Source: Alphaproteobacteria bacterium
GTDB taxonomy: Bacteria; Pseudomonadota; Alphaproteobacteria; JAUHZY01
Assembly (NCBI GenBank): GCA_030425825.1
Contig: JAUHZY010000001.1
Span: 1,542,834-1,606,833 of the forward strand
Direction of reading: 5' to 3'
Length of the DNA: 64,000 bases
The translations under genes and the position numbers were made by a program. The notes beneath the pieces were generated by a model, which had not been told where the DNA came from, did no database searches, and saw nothing but the letters and a program-made list of their open reading frames with translations. Each line of letters opens with the position of its first letter. Within the stretch, counting starts at the first letter, position 1. Positions 61,966 to 64,000 of the stretch are shown here, piece by piece.

Positions 61966-61985
61966 TAAACAAAAAGGAATATTTT

Positions 61986-62591
61986 ATGCCAATTATTTTT
62001 TTGATAATGACATTGTTTTTTTCGAACATTGCATTTGCTGATATAGGATTGCCACCAGAACGCTCTTTGGGTAGTGAGAATGCGCCTATCAAAGTGATTG
62101 AATATGCGTCAATGACATGCCCACATTGTGCCAAGTTTCATAAAAATACATTTGGCTTGATCAAGAAAAACTATATTGATACAGGCAAGGTTCACTTTGT
62201 GTTTAGGGACTTTCCCTTTGACGAGCGTGCTTTGAAGGCGGCGACCTTGGCAAGGTGTAGCGATGAAGAAAAATTCTTTCCTGTTTTAAAGGTTATTTTT
62301 GAACAGCAAAATGACTGGGCTTTTAAAGCTAATTGGGAAGAAGAGCTTGCAAAAATTATGTCCTTAAGCGGGATGTCAGCCGAGAAGCTACAGGCCTGTT
62401 TGGCAAAGGAAGAGTTGCCGCAAGCTATTGTTTATGGTCGCCTGCATGGACATAAACAATATGAGGTTGATTCAACGCCAACCTTTATTATCAATGGTAA
62501 AAAATATGCTGGAAGTCGTCCTTATGAAGAGTTTAAAAAGATTTTTGATGCGATTTTGAAAGAGGAGCAAGAAAATCTTAAAAACGACTAA
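61986..62591 (+). CDS. DsbA-family thiol-disulfide oxidoreductase
   Basis: Signal peptide, EYASMTCPHCA, STPTF. Confidence 0.93.
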   Translation: MPIIFLIMTLFFSNIAFADIGLPPERSLGSENAPIKVIEYASMTCPHCAKFHKNTFGLIKKNYIDTGKVHFVFRDFPFDERALKAATLARCSDEEKFFPVLKVIFEQQNDWAFKANWEEELAKIMSLSGMSAEKLQACLAKEELPQAIVYGRLHGHKQYEVDSTPTFIINGKKYAGSRPYEEFKKIFDAILKEEQENLKND

Positions 62592-62823
62592 AGATGACAC
62601 TCAGAAAGATGATGCTGTTTCTATTGAAGTAAAAAGAAAGCAGCAGCAGTACCTTAGGGATGTTAAGTCTGTAAGCACGTATCTCATTGGTGCGGTTCTT
62701 TTCGGGTTTCTATTCGGCAGCTTTATAGATACCATCTTGGGCACCAATTTTGTTTTCAAAATAATTTTTTTCTTTCTTGCTACTATGGCGGCTTTGTATA
62801 GAATATATCAAAAATATTCTTGA
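62575..62823 (+). CDS. atpI: AtpZ/AtpI-family small membrane protein, no canonical start (not in ORF track)
   Basis: Frame 62560-62823 is open: ...LIGAVLFGFLFGSFIDTILGTNFVFKIIFFFLA... Position immediately before atpB. ATC at 62575 lies 7 nt after AGAGGAG. Confidence 0.65.
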   Translation: MLKTTKDDTQKDDAVSIEVKRKQQQYLRDVKSVSTYLIGAVLFGFLFGSFIDTILGTNFVFKIIFFFLATMAALYRIYQKYS

Positions 62824-62847
62824 AGAAATTAACAGAGGATTGAGAGA

Positions 62848-63579
62848 ATGATAAAAGTCGGCAAGCCGATGAAGCAGTTTGATATACATGAACTGGTTCC
62901 TTTCGAACTAGGTCAGTTTAATGTTGCTTTCACAAATTCAGCATTATGGATGGTTATTGGCATTTTAGTTATGTCTGCTTTCATTTTTATGGGAACACGT
63001 CGTGCTTCTGTTGTGCCAGGGCGCTTTCAAGCTGTTGTTGAGCTTTTTTACGAGTTTGTTTTTGGTCTTTTGCATGCGCAAACAGGTGATAAAGGGTTAA
63101 AATACTTTCCTTTTGTATTTTGTATCTTCAGCTTTGTCTTAATGGGCAACCTGCTGGGCCTTATTCCTCATAGCTTTACCTACACAAGTCATTTGGCTGT
63201 AACCTTCGCGTTGGCTTTCATTGTTATTGTTACGGTGACGCTTATTGGTATTGCGCGTCATGGCTTGCATTTTTTCTCTCTCTTCTTGCCTTCGGGAACG
63301 CCTTTGTGGATGGCCCCTTTAATGATACCGCTTGAGGTCACCTCATACCTTATGCGCCCTGTCAGTCTGTCTCTACGTTTGTTTATTAATATGATGGTTG
63401 GTCATATTTTGTTGAAGGTTTTCGCCGCGATCAGTGCATCAATTGGCATTGCTGGACTGCTGCCAACTCTTGTGAATGTTGGTATAACAGGTTTGGAACT
63501 TCTTATTGCATTCATTCAGGCTTATATTTTTGCTCTTTTAACCTCAATTTATTTGAAAGATTCTATAGACCTTCATTAA
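62848..63579 (+). CDS. atpB: F0 ATP synthase subunit a
   Basis: FTNSALWM, VPGRFQ, RPVSLSLRLF, FIQAYIF. Confidence 0.97.
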   Translation: MIKVGKPMKQFDIHELVPFELGQFNVAFTNSALWMVIGILVMSAFIFMGTRRASVVPGRFQAVVELFYEFVFGLLHAQTGDKGLKYFPFVFCIFSFVLMGNLLGLIPHSFTYTSHLAVTFALAFIVIVTVTLIGIARHGLHFFSLFLPSGTPLWMAPLMIPLEVTSYLMRPVSLSLRLFINMMVGHILLKVFAAISASIGIAGLLPTLVNVGITGLELLIAFIQAYIFALLTSIYLKDSIDLH

Positions 63580-63655
63580 TTATTGTGATAAAAGATCACG
63601 ACCTTATTGAAGGCATTGGATAATTGTAAACAATAACAAAACTTAGGAGTTTGAA

Positions 63656-63883
63656 ATGACATTTGAAATCGCAAAAGTATTCGCAGCAGCCTTCTCGGCA
63701 CTTGCACTGTTTGGTGTTGCTCTTAGCATGGGGCGCGTTGTTTCTTCGGGACTTGAATCAATTGCACGTAACCCTTCAGCTTCTGGTGATATTCAGAAGT
63801 TTGGTATTCTTGGAATGGCCTTTACAGAGGCACTAGGTCTCTTTGTTCTTTTTGTCATTCTTCTTATCTTATTTGCAGTTTAA
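63656..63883 (+). CDS. atpE: F0 ATP synthase subunit c
   Basis: Two TMs, ARNP loop, proton-binding Glu in AFTEAL. Confidence 0.95.
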   Translation: MTFEIAKVFAAAFSALALFGVALSMGRVVSSGLESIARNPSASGDIQKFGILGMAFTEALGLFVLFVILLILFAV

Positions 63884-63889
63884 TTTTAA

Positions 63890-63934
63890 AAGGCACGGTT
63901 CTTGCTTCTTGTGTAGAAGCGGAGGCCGTGCTTT
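63890..63934 (+). promoter_or_regulatory. Long intercistronic stem-loop after atpE
   Basis: AAGGCACGGTTCTTGCTTCT-TGTGT-AGAAGCGGAGGCCGTGCTTT, about 20 bp with G-U pairs and one mismatch. Confidence 0.75.
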
Positions 63935-64000
63935 ATGAATAAAGTATCAAAAATGAAATTTTTAGGTTTTTTCACTTTTCTTTTGACGTTGTCGGAAGCT
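63935..64000 (+). CDS. Probable F0 subunit b' (3'-truncated by window edge)
   Basis: MNKVSKMKFLGFFTFLLTLSEA... after GGAGG. Identity inferred from operon position only. Confidence 0.5.
   Translation, partial: MNKVSKMKFLGFFTFLLTLSEA

Noticed and set aside
1508-62134. Numerous 60-180 aa ORFs antisense to or nested in recognised genes (e.g. 33570-34100, 50953-51423, 26830-27279)
   Set aside because: Shadow frames of well-supported genes with no recognisable motifs.
1-64000. CRISPR arrays, tRNA/rRNA genes, IS elements, prophage or defence systems
   Set aside because: No spaced direct repeats, cloverleafs, transposase, integrase or phage motifs seen. Intergenic gaps are too short except the two leaders described.

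Overview
AT-rich, tightly packed alphaproteobacterial chromosome segment. Taxonomic evidence: class I LysRS, cobST, DUF4167, TIGR02186/TauE/USP cluster, hpnCDE, split F0 atp operon. About 66 protein genes, mostly housekeeping: translation, amino-acid biosynthesis, DNA repair, cytochrome c maturation, scattered flagellar genes and F0 ATP synthase. I could not support any rRNA, tRNA, CRISPR array, transposase or phage gene. Best candidate for an undescribed system: the proC 5' leader. It has a consensus promoter, a 21-aa leader ORF with three consecutive Pro codons that are complementary to the proC Shine-Dalgarno, and a long intervening hairpin, which suggests a proline-sensing translational attenuator. 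Other notable items: a gamma-carbonic-anhydrase-like/dUTPase fusion; an HpnC-HpnD fusion co-transcribed with hpnE and sodB; a highly structured double-terminator leader before an orphan gene after clpB; a lone VirB6/TrbL-like gene next to a Sel1-repeat gene; a basic orphan upstream of fliK; and an atpI-like ORF with no canonical start codon. All family assignments come from motif recognition by eye, not from database searches.
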